From NCBI GenBank assembly GCA_964035545.1, contig OZ037768.1, positions 11,688,741 to 11,752,740 of the forward strand: a DNA stretch of 64,000 bases, read 5' to 3'. This DNA is from Bugula neritina. Lineage: Eukaryota > Animalia > Bryozoa. The notes below the pieces were generated by a model. That model searched no databases, was not told the DNA's origin, and saw only the letters and a list, made by a program, of their open reading frames with translations. This document shows, one piece after another, positions 63,628-64,000 of this stretch; within the stretch, counting starts at the first letter, position 1; every line of letters begins with the position of its first letter. The position numbers and the translations under genes are program-made.

Positions 63628-64000
63628 CGTGAGTGCTATGGTGTTCTCTGCCAACAGTTATGGTCTTAGGAATTTCTGCTTACGCGCTTTCCATTGTGTA
63701 ACATGGTGGCGCCTTAGTGCACATGTTTTTTTGCTTCCTCACAAAGAAATATTTTGCAATAATTTATGCTGTGAGCTGGTTTTGATAGAAATTGACAGAC
63801 AACATTATGCTGGCTGCAAATTCTTTTATGTCTACTTATTGTGAGTAGAAACTAAAGAATGTGTGGGCAGTAGTCTGTTGAAAAGGAGGCTGGTGCTGTA
63901 TCTGGGGGGGGGGCGGGGGTGTAAGAAATATGTGGCCCCAATCTTCACTTTTAAGGCGCTTTTCTCTTAGTGAAATAAAAGCTCGCCACACAATGACTAT

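Overview
AT-rich, intron-containing animal (invertebrate-like) genomic DNA; the species cannot be determined from the sequence. Host genes: two OSBP paralogs (<1..5975 and 52187..>63627, both +), a GAPR-1/GLIPR2-like CAP gene (-), an atypical Rab-like GTPase (+) and a short MZT2 (-). Other mobile DNA: a young, internally deleted Gypsy element (15441..18785), a mariner relic and several MITEs. The main discovery is that 19533..42366 is a single bounded DNA transposon. It has 26-bp imperfect TIRs and an 8-bp TSD (TAAAAGAT), and is built as a quasi-palindrome: TIR, ~49 x 98-bp repeats, a spliced DUF3987-like P-loop NTPase gene (-), a ~390-bp arm, a BEL/Pao fragment, the inverted ~390-bp arm, a spliced KDZ (CxC5/CxC6-type) transposase gene (+), ~19 inverted 98-bp repeats, TIR. 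This core is 16,067 bp. Its right 6.77 kb is tandemly duplicated, with the junction exactly at the right TIR, which suggests transposase-driven self-insertion. Exon models and family calls were made by eye and need confirmation by RNA-seq and HMM searches.
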